Assembly: GCA_045863295.1 (NCBI GenBank)
Contig: BTWA01000003.1
Coordinates: forward strand, 32,001-96,000
Direction: 5' to 3'
Length of the DNA stretch: 64,000 bases
From: Candidatus Hydrogenedentota bacterium
GTDB lineage: Bacteria > Hydrogenedentota > Hydrogenedentia > Hydrogenedentales > SLHB01
In this document: in pieces, positions 48,486 through 59,455 of the stretch
How the letters are laid out: each line of letters begins with the position of its first letter
Numbering within the stretch: position 1 is the stretch's first letter
The notes under the pieces: generated by a model
Databases searched by the model: none
The model's input: the letters and a program-made list of their open reading frames with translations, nothing else
Told to the model about the DNA's origin: nothing
Translations under genes and position numbers: made by a program

Positions 48486-50735
48486 TTGACACAGAGGCAC
48501 GGCGCAAAAGTGGGCTGCAAAACTGTGCTGCAACTAGTACGAACAATCGGGCCCTGGACCGTGGCGGCATTGTGTTGCCTCGGCGGCCCACCGTGCTTTG
48601 CGCAAGACAACACTGAATCAAAGGAGAACGTATTGGTGACTTCCCCCAACGGCACGGATCACGCCCATACAAACCATCTCGTGGGCGAAACGAGCCCATA
48701 CCTGCTGCAGCATGCACACAACCCCGTGGACTGGTACCCTTGGGGGGAAGAGGCATTGAACCGGGCCAAAACGGAAGACAAACCAATCTTTCTCTCCGTC
48801 GGTTACTCGGCATGCCACTGGTGCCACGTCATGGAGGCCGAGTCGTTTGAGAACGAAGCGATCGCAAAGTTGTTGAATGACCATTTCGTCAGCATCAAAG
48901 TGGATCGGGAAGAGCGGCCCGACATTGACGAAATCTACATGACTTCGGTGCAATTGATGACCGGCCAGGGCGGATGGCCAATGACAGTGTTTATGACGCC
49001 CGACCGCAAGCCTTTCTTCGGAGGGACATACTTCCCGCCCGTCGACCGCTACGGACGGGCAGGATTTGGTACTCTGCTGAACAGCATTATCGAACTGTGG
49101 AAAAACGACCGCCAGCGGGCACTGCAGGGCGCGGAACAAATTACAGAGGCGATCCAACAGGCCATGGCGCCAAGACCCGCTGGCGAACACGAGCTGTCCA
49201 TGGAATTATTCGATCGCGCAACCCGCGAACTGCGCGGTACGTACGACCCCAACTACGGTGGATTCGGCGGCGCCCCCAAGTTCCCAAACGGCCCCGCCAT
49301 GCATCTCTTGCTGCGCGAATGCGCAAGAACAGGCGACAAAGACCTGTTGGACATGGTAAACCATACGCTGACGCGCATGTACTACGGCGGCATGTGGGAC
49401 CATCTCGGAGGCGGTTTTTGCAGATACTCGGTGGATGAACGATGGCTGGTGCCGCACTTCGAGAAAATGCTCTACGACAATGCCCAATTGGTGCAGGTAT
49501 ATCTGGAAGCATACCAGGTAACCGACAACCCACTCTTCAGAAAAGTGGCCGAAGATATCTTCTCGTACCAATTACGGGACATGACTGACCCCGAGGGCGC
49601 GTTCTATAGCACTGAAGACGCCCAGAGCGAAGGCGAGGAAGGAAAGTTTTACCTCTGGACTCAGGATGAAATATTGTCCGTCTTGGGCGACGAAGACGGA
49701 TACATCTTCTGTCAATACTTCAACATCAGGCCCAACGGGAATTTTTCGTCGCATGAACCGTATCACAAGGGCAAGAACGTTATACATCTCAACCGAACTC
49801 ACGAAGCCATCGCTGAATCTCTGGCCTTGGATCCCGCAATACTGGCAAGTAAGATCGCCGCACTAAAAGCCACTCTTCTGAAGGAAAGAGACAAGCGAGT
49901 CCGCCCTGGACGAGACGATAAAGTCATAGCCGCATGGAACGGATTGATGATATCCGGGTTTGCCAAGGGGTACCAGGTGCTCGGCGATCGCAACTACCTC
50001 GCCGCCGCGGAAGCCGCGGCACGATACGTTCTCAAGCACATGATGACCGACGGGAAACTGATGCGAAGCCGTCGCGACGGCAAAAACAACGGGTTGGGTT
50101 ATCTCGACGATTACGCCAATATGGGCTTGGGATTCCTAGACCTGTACGAAGCAACGTTTGATCCCGAGTGGTTTAGACACGCAAAGGAATTCGCCGACAC
50201 GCTCATCGCCCGGTATTGGGACGAACAGGCCGGCGGGTTCTACCTTATCTCCGACGACCACGAGCAACTGATCGTCCGCACGAAACCGGCCTATGACGGC
50301 TCCGAGCCCTCGGGCAACGCAATGACGGCCGCGCTGTTGTTCCGGTTGGGAAAAATGTCTGGCGACGAAAACTACCTGCAAAAAGCGCGCAAAGTGCTCC
50401 AGGTAAACGCCGCCAATATGCGTGACATACCAAGAGGCCATTTGCGAATGATTCTGGAAGCAGGCTTTGCCTTGTTGAGTACGCACGAAATTGCAATCAT
50501 AGGAAACGGCTCCGAACTGGCGGATGCCGCTCGAAAGTCGTTTCTGCCCTATCGAGTCATCGCGCAAATGGAGCCTTCAAGCAACGATGCGGAAGTGATC
50601 CGTTCACTGATTCCTTTATTGCGCGACAAGGATTCCGTAGACGGTCAAGATACCGTGTATATCTGCAAAGACTTTGCCTGTCGTAAGCCCGTGACGTCGG
50701 TGGCAGCCATGTTGCAGGAACTCGGCGTTCAATAA
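48486..50735 (+). CDS. yyaL: Thioredoxin-domain protein of the YyaL/DUF255 (SPATA20-like) family
   Basis: [47 protein letters not shown]. Start uncertain (alternative GTG at 48636 after AAGGAG). Confidence 0.9.
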   Translation: MTQRHGAKVGCKTVLQLVRTIGPWTVAALCCLGGPPCFAQDNTESKENVLVTSPNGTDHAHTNHLVGETSPYLLQHAHNPVDWYPWGEEALNRAKTEDKPIFLSVGYSACHWCHVMEAESFENEAIAKLLNDHFVSIKVDREERPDIDEIYMTSVQLMTGQGGWPMTVFMTPDRKPFFGGTYFPPVDRYGRAGFGTLLNSIIELWKNDRQRALQGAEQITEAIQQAMAPRPAGEHELSMELFDRATRELRGTYDPNYGGFGGAPKFPNGPAMHLLLRECARTGDKDLLDMVNHTLTRMYYGGMWDHLGGGFCRYSVDERWLVPHFEKMLYDNAQLVQVYLEAYQVTDNPLFRKVAEDIFSYQLRDMTDPEGAFYSTEDAQSEGEEGKFYLWTQDEILSVLGDEDGYIFCQYFNIRPNGNFSSHEPYHKGKNVIHLNRTHEAIAESLALDPAILASKIAALKATLLKERDKRVRPGRDDKVIAAWNGLMISGFAKGYQVLGDRNYLAAAEAAARYVLKHMMTDGKLMRSRRDGKNNGLGYLDDYANMGLGFLDLYEATFDPEWFRHAKEFADTLIARYWDEQAGGFYLISDDHEQLIVRTKPAYDGSEPSGNAMTAALLFRLGKMSGDENYLQKARKVLQVNAANMRDIPRGHLRMILEAGFALLSTHEIAIIGNGSELADAARKSFLPYRVIAQMEPSSNDAEVIRSLIPLLRDKDSVDGQDTVYICKDFACRKPVTSVAAMLQELGVQ

Positions 50736-50747
50736 GGATTAGCACCC

Positions 50748-53045
50748 ATGAACTTCATCAAACTGGCAGCGACTGCTGTCCTGACGGCCGCTATCGCCAC
50801 CGGATCCGCCCTGGCCCAGCCCGGCGGCCCGACCGTCGCGGTCTCCATTTTGCCGGAACATGAATCAGTCGCACCCAACAGCGAACAACGATTGGCCGTT
50901 CAGGTCAAGCTGGACGATGGCTGGCATGTAAACGCACACAAACCGCTGGAAGATTTCTTGATTCCAACAAACCTCGCGCTCGAAGCGCCGGAAGGTGTCG
51001 AAGTGCTCTCCATCGCTTATCCGGAAGCGAAGCTGCAAAAATTCGGGTTTTCGAATGAACCCATGGCAGTGTATGAATCTTCCTTCACAATAGGCGTGAA
51101 AGTCCGCGTGAACAACGACGCGTCCGCCGGCGACATCGCCATTCCGGCCACCCTCAGCTACCAGGCATGCAATGATTCAAGCTGCTGGGCTCCGCAGAAG
51201 CAGACTCTTTCGTTGTCTCTCAAGGTCGCGGATTCGACAAGTCCGCCGATACATGCCGACGTCTTTACCGCCATCGCATGGGATCTCCCGGCCGACGCAG
51301 GATCCTCCGGCCAGGACGATCCGCCAATTACGGCAAAACAATCGGGCAGAGGCGGACCCGAAATGGCATTTGAAATCTATCGCGAGACCACGGACGTACC
51401 CGTGGGGGGTGAACTTCGGCTCGCCCTGCTGATGCGCGTGCCGGAAAACTTCCATGTAAACAGCAACAAGCCTCTCGACGAACTGCTGATTCCCACTGAA
51501 TTGACATTTGAAACACCGGAACACGTGACCGTGGCGGAAACCGCATATCCGGAAGCCCAGACGATTCCCTTTGGCGAATCAGACTCCATGTCCGTGTATG
51601 AAGGCGATGTCTGGATCGGCGCGCGTTTCGAAATCGGACCAGAGGCGGCAACCGGCGATAAAACAATCAAGGCGACACTCCGCTACCAAGCCTGCGACGA
51701 TAAACAGTGTTTCGCACCCGCTTCGGTAACGATGGACATTCCCGTCTCGCTCATAGACGGCAAAGCCCCTGCCCCGCAACATTCGGCCGTTTTCGATCGA
51801 ATCGCATTCACGGGCAAAGCGCAGACGATGCCAACCGCAACCAACCCTCAATCACCCGGCACAACTACGGTCGAGAGCGACGCATGGAAAGACCTGCTGC
51901 CCCAATTCAACGTCGCGGGGCAAGCCGGCGGTCTGTTGAACAAAGACCAATTTCTTGCATGGCTCGACAATGTCGAAACCGGCGCGACCGAATCGGAACC
52001 GGCCGGCATTGTTTCCACTATAGGCAAAGTCTTCAGCGGCGGCTTCTCGTTCAAAGGAATGGGGCTGCCACTGGTCATTCTCCTGACCTTGGTGGGCGGT
52101 GTCGCCTTGAACCTCACGCCTTGTGTACTGCCCGTAATCCCCATCAATCTCGCCATCATTGGTGCGGGCGCGCAGGCGGGCTGCCGCTCGCGCGGCTTCG
52201 CGTTGGGCGGCGTCTACGGCTTGGGCATCGCACTCATCTACGGTGTACTGGGACTGGTCGCCGTATTCGGTCTCGGCAGTTTCGGAAGCATAAACGCCTC
52301 GCCATGGTTCAACATCGGCATCGCGCTCCTCTTCGTGGTCTTGGCACTCGCGATGTTCGACATACTGCTGATCGATTTCTCGAAGTATCAAACCAAACTC
52401 GGAATCAAGAAAGACAAAGGCTCGTTCTTGTTCGCTTTCATTATGGGCTCGATTAGCGCTCTGCTGGCAGGCGCATGCGTCGCTCCGGTCGTAATCGCCG
52501 TCGTGTTGTACGCACAGGACCTGTACGCTGGAGGAAACGCTGTTGGGTTGGCATTGCCTTTCCTGCTGGGCGTGGGCATGGCGCTGCCGTGGCCCATCGC
52601 CGGCGCGGGGCTTTCCTTCCTCCCGAAACCCGGCATGTGGATGGTGCGCGTTAAACAGGCCTTCGGCATTTTCATTCTCGCTTTCGCCGCCTACTACGGC
52701 TATCAGGGATACCAATTGCTCGATCAACGCTACTTCGTCGATCGCGACGCCGTCGTCGCCAGTACGCAGGAAGGGGGATGGGAACATTCCCTTTACGCCG
52801 GTCTGGCGCGTGCCAAAGCAGAGAACAAGCCGGTCTTCATTGACTTTTGGGCTACGTGGTGCAAAAACTGCCTCGTGATGAATACTACTACGTTTAGAGA
52901 CCCCGAAGTCCTCGCAAGACTCGACAACTACGTAAAGATCAAATACCAGGCCGAACTCCCGGAAGACAGCCCCTACAAAGACGTGCTCGCGAATTTCGAC
53001 GAATACGTTGGACTGCCCCTTTATGCCGTGCTAGAGGCGAAATAG
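50748..53045 (+). CDS. dsbD: DsbD-family thiol:disulfide interchange protein with two N-terminal Ig-like domains
   Basis: Signal peptide, two YQAC....C domains (QACNDSSC, QACDDKQC), LNLTPCVLP and GACVAP TM cysteines, PKPG.WM, DFWATWCKNC thioredoxin motif. Confidence 0.85.
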   Translation: MNFIKLAATAVLTAAIATGSALAQPGGPTVAVSILPEHESVAPNSEQRLAVQVKLDDGWHVNAHKPLEDFLIPTNLALEAPEGVEVLSIAYPEAKLQKFGFSNEPMAVYESSFTIGVKVRVNNDASAGDIAIPATLSYQACNDSSCWAPQKQTLSLSLKVADSTSPPIHADVFTAIAWDLPADAGSSGQDDPPITAKQSGRGGPEMAFEIYRETTDVPVGGELRLALLMRVPENFHVNSNKPLDELLIPTELTFETPEHVTVAETAYPEAQTIPFGESDSMSVYEGDVWIGARFEIGPEAATGDKTIKATLRYQACDDKQCFAPASVTMDIPVSLIDGKAPAPQHSAVFDRIAFTGKAQTMPTATNPQSPGTTTVESDAWKDLLPQFNVAGQAGGLLNKDQFLAWLDNVETGATESEPAGIVSTIGKVFSGGFSFKGMGLPLVILLTLVGGVALNLTPCVLPVIPINLAIIGAGAQAGCRSRGFALGGVYGLGIALIYGVLGLVAVFGLGSFGSINASPWFNIGIALLFVVLALAMFDILLIDFSKYQTKLGIKKDKGSFLFAFIMGSISALLAGACVAPVVIAVVLYAQDLYAGGNAVGLALPFLLGVGMALPWPIAGAGLSFLPKPGMWMVRVKQAFGIFILAFAAYYGYQGYQLLDQRYFVDRDAVVASTQEGGWEHSLYAGLARAKAENKPVFIDFWATWCKNCLVMNTTTFRDPEVLARLDNYVKIKYQAELPEDSPYKDVLANFDEYVGLPLYAVLEAK

Positions 53046-53051
53046 CGGATC

Positions 53052-54422
53052 ATGTCGATGAACCGCCGACATTTCATGCGATCCGCCGCCGCAAGTCTCA
53101 TGGCGGGCGGCCTTCCGCTGCAGGCCCCGGCACAACCGGATTCGAAGCCGCCGAACATTCTGTTCATCATGGCCGACGATCTGGGTATCGGGGATTTGGG
53201 ATGCTACGGACAACTCAAAATCCAAACACCGCACATGGATGCGTTGTCCGCTCAAGGGACGCGGTTCACAAACGTCTACGCGGGCCACGCAGTCTGTGCG
53301 CCAAGCCGATGTGTACTCATGACCGGCCTGCATACCGGCCATTGCCGCGTCCGTGGAAATTCGGGCAAATTCGCTCCAAAACACGATGGCGAGGCCGGAC
53401 GCATTCCGCTCGCCGCTGACGACTTTACGGTAGGGCAGTTGCTCCAAAGCGCCGGGTACGCAACCGGTATGGCGGGAAAATGGGGATTGGGCGAGCCCGG
53501 CTCAACCGGCCTTCCAAACGACCACGGATTTGACGAGTGGTTTGGCTATCTCAACCAGAATCATGCCCCAGACTATTTCACGGACTACTTGTGGCGTAAT
53601 AAGGACAAACAGTGGATAGCCGGGAACCAAAATAGGCAACGCCAAATCTATTCCTGCGACTTGTTTACAGACTTCGCCGAGAAATTCATACGCGAAAACA
53701 AGGACCGGCCCTTCTTCCTATACTTGCCGTACACCATCCCGCACGCGGAACTCGAAGTCCCCGATCTCGGCCCCTACAAAGACAAACCGTGGACCGAACA
53801 GCAAAAGACATTCGCCGCTATGGTCACGCGCCTCGACGACTACGTCGGACGACTTATGGCGCTCTTGGACGAACTCCGGTTGGTGGAAAATACATACGTG
53901 TTCTTCACGTCAGACAATGGCGCTTCCAACACCGAAATTGACTTCTTTGATCGCACCGGTCCACTTCGAAATCACAAGGGCTCACTTTACGAAGGCGGCA
54001 TTCGCGTTCCCATGATGGTGCGCTGCCCCGGTCCCGTACCCGCCGCCACGGTCAACGATTCGCCCTGGTATTTCGCCGACTTTTTGCCCACCGCAGCCGC
54101 CATCGCGCAAACCGCACCGCCCAAGGGACTGGACGGAATCAATGTGCTTCCAACGTTGAAGGGCGCCGTACAGCCCGAACTTCAGACAAGAGCCATGTAT
54201 TGGGAAACGCACGACGGAGGCGGCCTAGCCCAAGCGGCGCGACAAGGCAACTGGAAAGGCTTCCGGCACAGTCCCGCAAGCCGGATGGAAATCTACAATC
54301 TCGCGGACGATCCCAGTGAATCAAACGACGTGGCAAGCCAACAGAAGGAGCGAGCCTCGCAATTTGCGGAATTCCTGGACGCCTCCCATACGGATTCACC
54401 GCACTGGCCCGTCACTCGATAG
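53052..54422 (+). CDS. Tat-exported arylsulfatase
   Basis: NRRHF twin-arginine signal, PNILFIMADDLG, CAPSR..LMTG, GKWGLG, FTSDNG, KGSLYEGGIRVP. Confidence 0.92.
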   Translation: MSMNRRHFMRSAAASLMAGGLPLQAPAQPDSKPPNILFIMADDLGIGDLGCYGQLKIQTPHMDALSAQGTRFTNVYAGHAVCAPSRCVLMTGLHTGHCRVRGNSGKFAPKHDGEAGRIPLAADDFTVGQLLQSAGYATGMAGKWGLGEPGSTGLPNDHGFDEWFGYLNQNHAPDYFTDYLWRNKDKQWIAGNQNRQRQIYSCDLFTDFAEKFIRENKDRPFFLYLPYTIPHAELEVPDLGPYKDKPWTEQQKTFAAMVTRLDDYVGRLMALLDELRLVENTYVFFTSDNGASNTEIDFFDRTGPLRNHKGSLYEGGIRVPMMVRCPGPVPAATVNDSPWYFADFLPTAAAIAQTAPPKGLDGINVLPTLKGAVQPELQTRAMYWETHDGGGLAQAARQGNWKGFRHSPASRMEIYNLADDPSESNDVASQQKERASQFAEFLDASHTDSPHWPVTR

Positions 54423-54543
54423 CACGGCCAAACAACCCTCGAATGACTAAAAGCAATCTAACCTTGCATACCGGCGCCGGATGAAGTACGGTACAACCCT
54501 TGGGTAGGGCCAAACGTTTCGGTGTCCCACTGGAGGCACTCCG

Positions 54544-57500
54544 GTGCGTAATCGCTGCAATCTCATCTGGATAGGGCTGTGCTTGACCGTGGCTCCCGCG
54601 TGGGCCGCATTCGTGAATTTCGAAACGCCACACGTCCATCCCATCGACATCAGCCCCGACGGCGCAACCGTCGCAGTGACAAACACTCCCGCCGGTCTGC
54701 TATATCTCTACGATGTGACGAGCGGTACTCCGGTATGGCGTGGCACGGTTCAGGTAGGGTTGGACCCGGTAACAGTCCGGTTTCGCACCAATACGGAAGC
54801 CTGGGTCGTGAACCACATTTCCGACTCTGTCTCGATAGTAAACACCGTATCCCAACGAGTCGTCGACACCATTTCAACATTGGATGAACCGTGCGACGTG
54901 GTCTTTGCGGGATCGCCCGTACTTGCGTTCGTTTCCTGTTCGCAGGCAAACGCAATTCAACGATTCAATCCTGCCGATAGGTCGGCACTCCCTGTCACTA
55001 TTCCCATCCTGGGAGAAGACCCACGCTCATTGGCGGTCAGTCCCGATGGCATGACGATTTACGCGGCCATCTTCGAATCGGGAAACGGCTCGACGATCAT
55101 CGCAGGCGGCGCAGACGGCACGATCGCCTTCTTTCCACCAATGGACGCGCTCAACGATGCCGCCAATCCATACGCCGGCGTGAATCCACCACCCAATGAC
55201 CCCAACGACACCAACAGCGACTCCAATTTGTTCATACCGCCCAAGGCCGCCAACGGCACGCCGCCACGCGTGGGCCTAATCGTGAAAAAAGATGCTGCAG
55301 GCGTATGGCGTGACGACAACGGCGCCAATTGGACTCCGTGGATCACGGGTGCCAAAGCCGCCATGTCCGGCCGCTACACCGGATGGGATGTCATCGATCA
55401 CGATGTCGCCGTACTCGCCAACCTGAACGCGGCAACGCCAACGGTAAACTACGCCGACAGACTTATGAATATCTGCATGTCCGTGGCCGTCAACCCCGCT
55501 ACGGGAAACATCACGGTCATTGGCACCGACGGCACGAATGAGATCCGTTTCGAACCTGTCATTAGCGGCACATTCTTGCGCGTGAACCTCGGAATAGTCG
55601 ATGCTTCAAACTTGGCCAGCGCTACCATCGTCGATCTCAATGCCGAACACCTTGCCCTCGCGCAACCAGGCGGCGTCGACCCCTACGAAACACACTCCGT
55701 ATCGCAAGCCAATCGGAATAAATCCATCGGCGATCCGCGCGGAATCGTATGGAATGCCGCGGGCACCCGCGCTTACATTACGGGCATGGGCTCCAACAAC
55801 CTAGTAGTGGTCGATGCGACAGGCAATCGCGTTACTACCGGATCCACGACTGAATTGCGGGAAGGACCCACGGGGGCAGTTCTCAGCGCCGATGAATCCC
55901 GTCTGTTTGTGGTCAACCGTTTTCACGCCTCCATTTCCGTCGTGGATACCGCCACGCTTGCGGAAATCGCAAATGTTCCATATTTCGACCCCACGCCAAC
56001 TGCGATAAGAACCGGACGAAAACACCTCTACGACACCCACAAGAACTCCGGACTCGGCCATATCGCCTGCGCCTCCTGCCATGTGGATGCCCGCATGGAT
56101 CGCCTCGCGTGGGATCTCGGAGATCCCGCCGGAAGCGTGAAGTTGCTGTCCGCCGCAGGCAATCCCCCGAAACACAACCTCGGCGCGGGCATTCCAGGCC
56201 TGTTGCACGGCGGCACTTCACCCGCATTTGAAAACTTCCACCCCATGAAAGGGCCAATGACCACGCAAACGCTGCAGGACATCATCGGAAAGGAACCGTT
56301 TCACTGGCGCGGCGATCGCGACGGGTTGGAAGAGTTCAATCCCGCTTTTGTCGGTTTACAGGGCGACGACGCCATGCTGACCCCGCAGGAAATGCAGGAG
56401 TTCGAAGATTTCCTCGCAACAACGCATTTCCCGCCCAATCCATTTCGCAATCTCGACAATTCACTACCAACCGATCTCCCCTTGCCGGGGCAATTCGCTA
56501 ACGGCCGTTTCGCCTTACCCAACGGCGCGCCACTCCCCAACGGCAACGCCGTCGACGGACTAAGCATTTACCGGGACCAGTCAGCCCCCTTGGACAGCGG
56601 CAACTTCACCTGTGTGGTATGCCACACCCTCCCGGTGGGAGATGGCACTAACGCTAAGTGGAATGGCACCACCTTTGCCTCCATCCCGCCAGGCCCAATG
56701 GGAGAACGGCATGTCGCGCTCGTCTCCGTCGACGGTTCCACCAATCGAGCCATCAAAATCCCGCAGTTGCGCAACCAGTACGACAAAGCCGGCTTCGAAC
56801 TGACGCCTGGCAATCCAAGCCTGAGCGGCTTCGGCGTGTTGCACGACGGAAGCATTGACAGCATCGCGCGCTTTGTCAGCGAACCGGTATTTCAAGTGAC
56901 ATCCGATCAGGATGTCGCCGATCTCACGGCCCTTGTACTCGCGTTCTCCGGCGGCTTTGACGACGCGTCCCCAAACCCGGGTCCGGCCCCTGAACCGCCC
57001 GGCAATCCCAACAACAATGCGCCCGCGGCCATAGGTAGGCAGGTGACAATCGACAACCCTTCCGACAGCCTCGGAATGGTGACCCAACTCATCCTGCTCG
57101 CCAATACCGGACAGGTCGACCTGATCGCCAAAGGTACGGTCAATGGATTCCCGCGCGGATGGCGCTATATCGGCTCCAACCAATTCTCCCCTGATTCGTC
57201 CACGGGGTCGGTCGCTACGCTAGGAGAATTGGTCGCCTCTACAGGCATAGGTTCCGAAATTACGTTTCAAGCCGTTATGGCCGGTTCCGGCACTACGCTC
57301 GGCATAAACAGAGACGACGACGGTGTGTTGGACTTCGACGAATTCCTCCTTGAGGACAACGATGGCGACGGCGTTGCCAACGGCAGCGAATCCGGCTTGG
57401 ACACCGACAGCGATGGTCTGAAGGATTACCTGGACAAGGACAGCAACAACGACGGCGTCAATGACGGCGTCCCCGTGCCGTCGGGCACCATCAGCGTGCG

Positions 57501-58596
57501 CGTGCACGGTGCAAACGCCACATGGATGCTGAGCGGCACGCCCGACTTTGGTCCCCCGTTCGGACCGCAAACCTACTTCGGCAACAAGGACCTCGCAAAC
57601 ATCACAACGGGAACCTATACAGTTACGTGGAGCACCCTAATTGGCTTCAATTCGCCGCCCAACCAACCTGATGGCCCCAAGACCGTAGCGCAGGGTGGAA
57701 CAACGCTCTTTGAAGGCACCTATACGGCCATCACTCCACCAGATCCGCCGCCAACGCGAAAATCTGCAATCGAGCACGTCGCGTTCGATGTTCGCGAGGA
57801 GATACTGCCGCTGGACCGCGAAGCCGGAGGCCTCGAGGCAATACATCCAATGCAGCCGCTGTACCTGCGATTGACGGCAGATGAAGACATCGATCCCGAT
57901 TCGGTGTCGCTCATTGTGGAAGGCGACGCGGGATATCGCGGCAAGTCCAATTCTTGGTGGCCCGTGGATGAATCCAAAGCAAGCGACGGCTGGGCGGTCT
58001 TCGCACCGGTCACGCCCTACGGCGACGGCGAGGCCTTAGTGATCTCCGCGGGCGCGCGCACCATAAGCGGCGAAATAGTTGCAACCCAAAATTACACCTT
58101 CGCGGTTTCTGCGTCGGCTCCGGCCCCCACGCCGTCGACCGCACTTGTAACCGCGAGTGAAGTGCCTGCAATAGATCTCACTGTTGCATACCAGGTCGGT
58201 TCTGCGTTTCGAACCCTGCCAGAGGCAGCGTTCCTAGTGCCTCTCACAGTTCAACTGCCGGTTCCCGAAGGGGAAGACGCCAGCGCACTTGAAGTCTGGT
58301 ACTACAGTGATTCAGCAAGGCATCCAGGGTGGTATCCCGTGAGTGCCATCGCCGGCCTTTGCCTCGGACATTCTTCAACGGTCATAGTCCAAGATAGGGA
58401 GTACATCCAGATCAATATCAACCATTCGGCCACGCTCGCGCTCGCAGTGCCCGCCGAAGTGCCGCTCGCCAGTTTTGGCCGCATGGACGTGGCTGCACGC
58501 GGCTCCGCGGTAAAGTGGATTTGGGTGGGCCTGCTGATCACCGCGTTGGTAATGGCCGCCAGCCAGCTGAAACACCGAATCAAACATGGATCCTGA
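54544..58596 (+). CDS. Large surface protein: YVTN-like beta-propeller, di-haem cytochrome c (peroxidase/MauG-like) region, Ca-binding D-x-D-x-D repeats, C-terminal anchor
   Basis: Signal peptide ending AWA, FVNFETPHVHP, WVVNHISDSVSIV, CASCH (~56068) and CVVCH (~56611), FHWRGDR, HDGS, C-terminal TM helix plus basic tail. Confidence 0.8.
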   Translation: MRNRCNLIWIGLCLTVAPAWAAFVNFETPHVHPIDISPDGATVAVTNTPAGLLYLYDVTSGTPVWRGTVQVGLDPVTVRFRTNTEAWVVNHISDSVSIVNTVSQRVVDTISTLDEPCDVVFAGSPVLAFVSCSQANAIQRFNPADRSALPVTIPILGEDPRSLAVSPDGMTIYAAIFESGNGSTIIAGGADGTIAFFPPMDALNDAANPYAGVNPPPNDPNDTNSDSNLFIPPKAANGTPPRVGLIVKKDAAGVWRDDNGANWTPWITGAKAAMSGRYTGWDVIDHDVAVLANLNAATPTVNYADRLMNICMSVAVNPATGNITVIGTDGTNEIRFEPVISGTFLRVNLGIVDASNLASATIVDLNAEHLALAQPGGVDPYETHSVSQANRNKSIGDPRGIVWNAAGTRAYITGMGSNNLVVVDATGNRVTTGSTTELREGPTGAVLSADESRLFVVNRFHASISVVDTATLAEIANVPYFDPTPTAIRTGRKHLYDTHKNSGLGHIACASCHVDARMDRLAWDLGDPAGSVKLLSAAGNPPKHNLGAGIPGLLHGGTSPAFENFHPMKGPMTTQTLQDIIGKEPFHWRGDRDGLEEFNPAFVGLQGDDAMLTPQEMQEFEDFLATTHFPPNPFRNLDNSLPTDLPLPGQFANGRFALPNGAPLPNGNAVDGLSIYRDQSAPLDSGNFTCVVCHTLPVGDGTNAKWNGTTFASIPPGPMGERHVALVSVDGSTNRAIKIPQLRNQYDKAGFELTPGNPSLSGFGVLHDGSIDSIARFVSEPVFQVTSDQDVADLTALVLAFSGGFDDASPNPGPAPEPPGNPNNNAPAAIGRQVTIDNPSDSLGMVTQLILLANTGQVDLIAKGTVNGFPRGWRYIGSNQFSPDSSTGSVATLGELVASTGIGSEITFQAVMAGSGTTLGINRDDDGVLDFDEFLLEDNDGDGVANGSESGLDTDSDGLKDYLDKDSNNDGVNDGVPVPSGTISVRVHGANATWMLSGTPDFGPPFGPQTYFGNKDLANITTGTYTVTWSTLIGFNSPPNQPDGPKTVAQGGTTLFEGTYTAITPPDPPPTRKSAIEHVAFDVREEILPLDREAGGLEAIHPMQPLYLRLTADEDIDPDSVSLIVEGDAGYRGKSNSWWPVDESKASDGWAVFAPVTPYGDGEALVISAGARTISGEIVATQNYTFAVSASAPAPTPSTALVTASEVPAIDLTVAYQVGSAFRTLPEAAFLVPLTVQLPVPEGEDASALEVWYYSDSARHPGWYPVSAIAGLCLGHSSTVIVQDREYIQININHSATLALAVPAEVPLASFGRMDVAARGSAVKWIWVGLLITALVMAASQLKHRIKHGS

Positions 58597-58679
58597 CCAC
58601 GATCCCCGGGTCTGCACCGTAATACCCGGCGGCAAACAATTTGCGCAGCTAGCGGGCGCGCTCAGTTGGACACAGCCCG

Positions 58680-59372
58680 TCAAGCTATCGCTACAGCCAT
58701 TTCCACCTGTTCACGGAACGCCATGAGTGAAGCGCCCGGATCCCGGCCCGTAAAGACGCTGGATGTGCCGCAAACAAATATCGATGCGCCCATGCGGGCA
58801 AGCAACGCCGCGTTCTCAAGGTTGATATTGCCATCCACCTCGATTGCCGTGCGCAATTCCCGATACCTGATATTTTCGCTGAGAATGCGAACACGTTCGA
58901 ACGCATTCGGAATAATCGTCTGACCCGCGTAGCCGGGATCGACGGTCATGACCAATACTCGATCCGCGGTATCCAGCAAATAGTCCAACTTGGTTAATGG
59001 CGTTCCAGGGTTGATGGCAATACCGGGAGAAGCGCCTGCCTTTCGGATGTGCGACAGCGTGCGGTTCGCGTGAACACTCGTCTCCACATGAACGGTGATC
59101 GAATCGCATCCAGCCTCGACAAACCGCTCGATGTACGGTTCAGGCCGCACAATCATCAAATGCGCGTTGCAGGGTAGGCCGCACACGCGCTTCGCTGCCT
59201 TGATGACATCGAATCCTAGCGTGAGGTTGGGCACAAACACGCCATCCATAATGTCGAAATGCAATTCGTCGCAACCGGCCTTCTCAAGCGCCTTCAAATC
59301 GTCTTCCAACCGCGCAAGATTAGCGCACATAACGGAAGCCGAGTACTTTAATCGGGAATTCGTCAAGCTCAT
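58680..59372 (-). CDS. rpe: Ribulose-phosphate 3-epimerase family protein
   Basis: HFDIMDGVFVPNLT, HLMI, VHVE, MTVDPGYAGQ, EVDGNI. Confidence 0.88.
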   Translation of the reverse strand: MSLTNSRLKYSASVMCANLARLEDDLKALEKAGCDELHFDIMDGVFVPNLTLGFDVIKAAKRVCGLPCNAHLMIVRPEPYIERFVEAGCDSITVHVETSVHANRTLSHIRKAGASPGIAINPGTPLTKLDYLLDTADRVLVMTVDPGYAGQTIIPNAFERVRILSENIRYRELRTAIEVDGNINLENAALLARMGASIFVCGTSSVFTGRDPGASLMAFREQVEMAVAIA

Positions 59373-59455
59373 GGCAACTCCACTATCATATTAAAAGTCA
59401 TTGCAACCTGGATTGAGCGAAAGCAATTTCGCCTGCGCGCACGTCGCTCCGCGGC

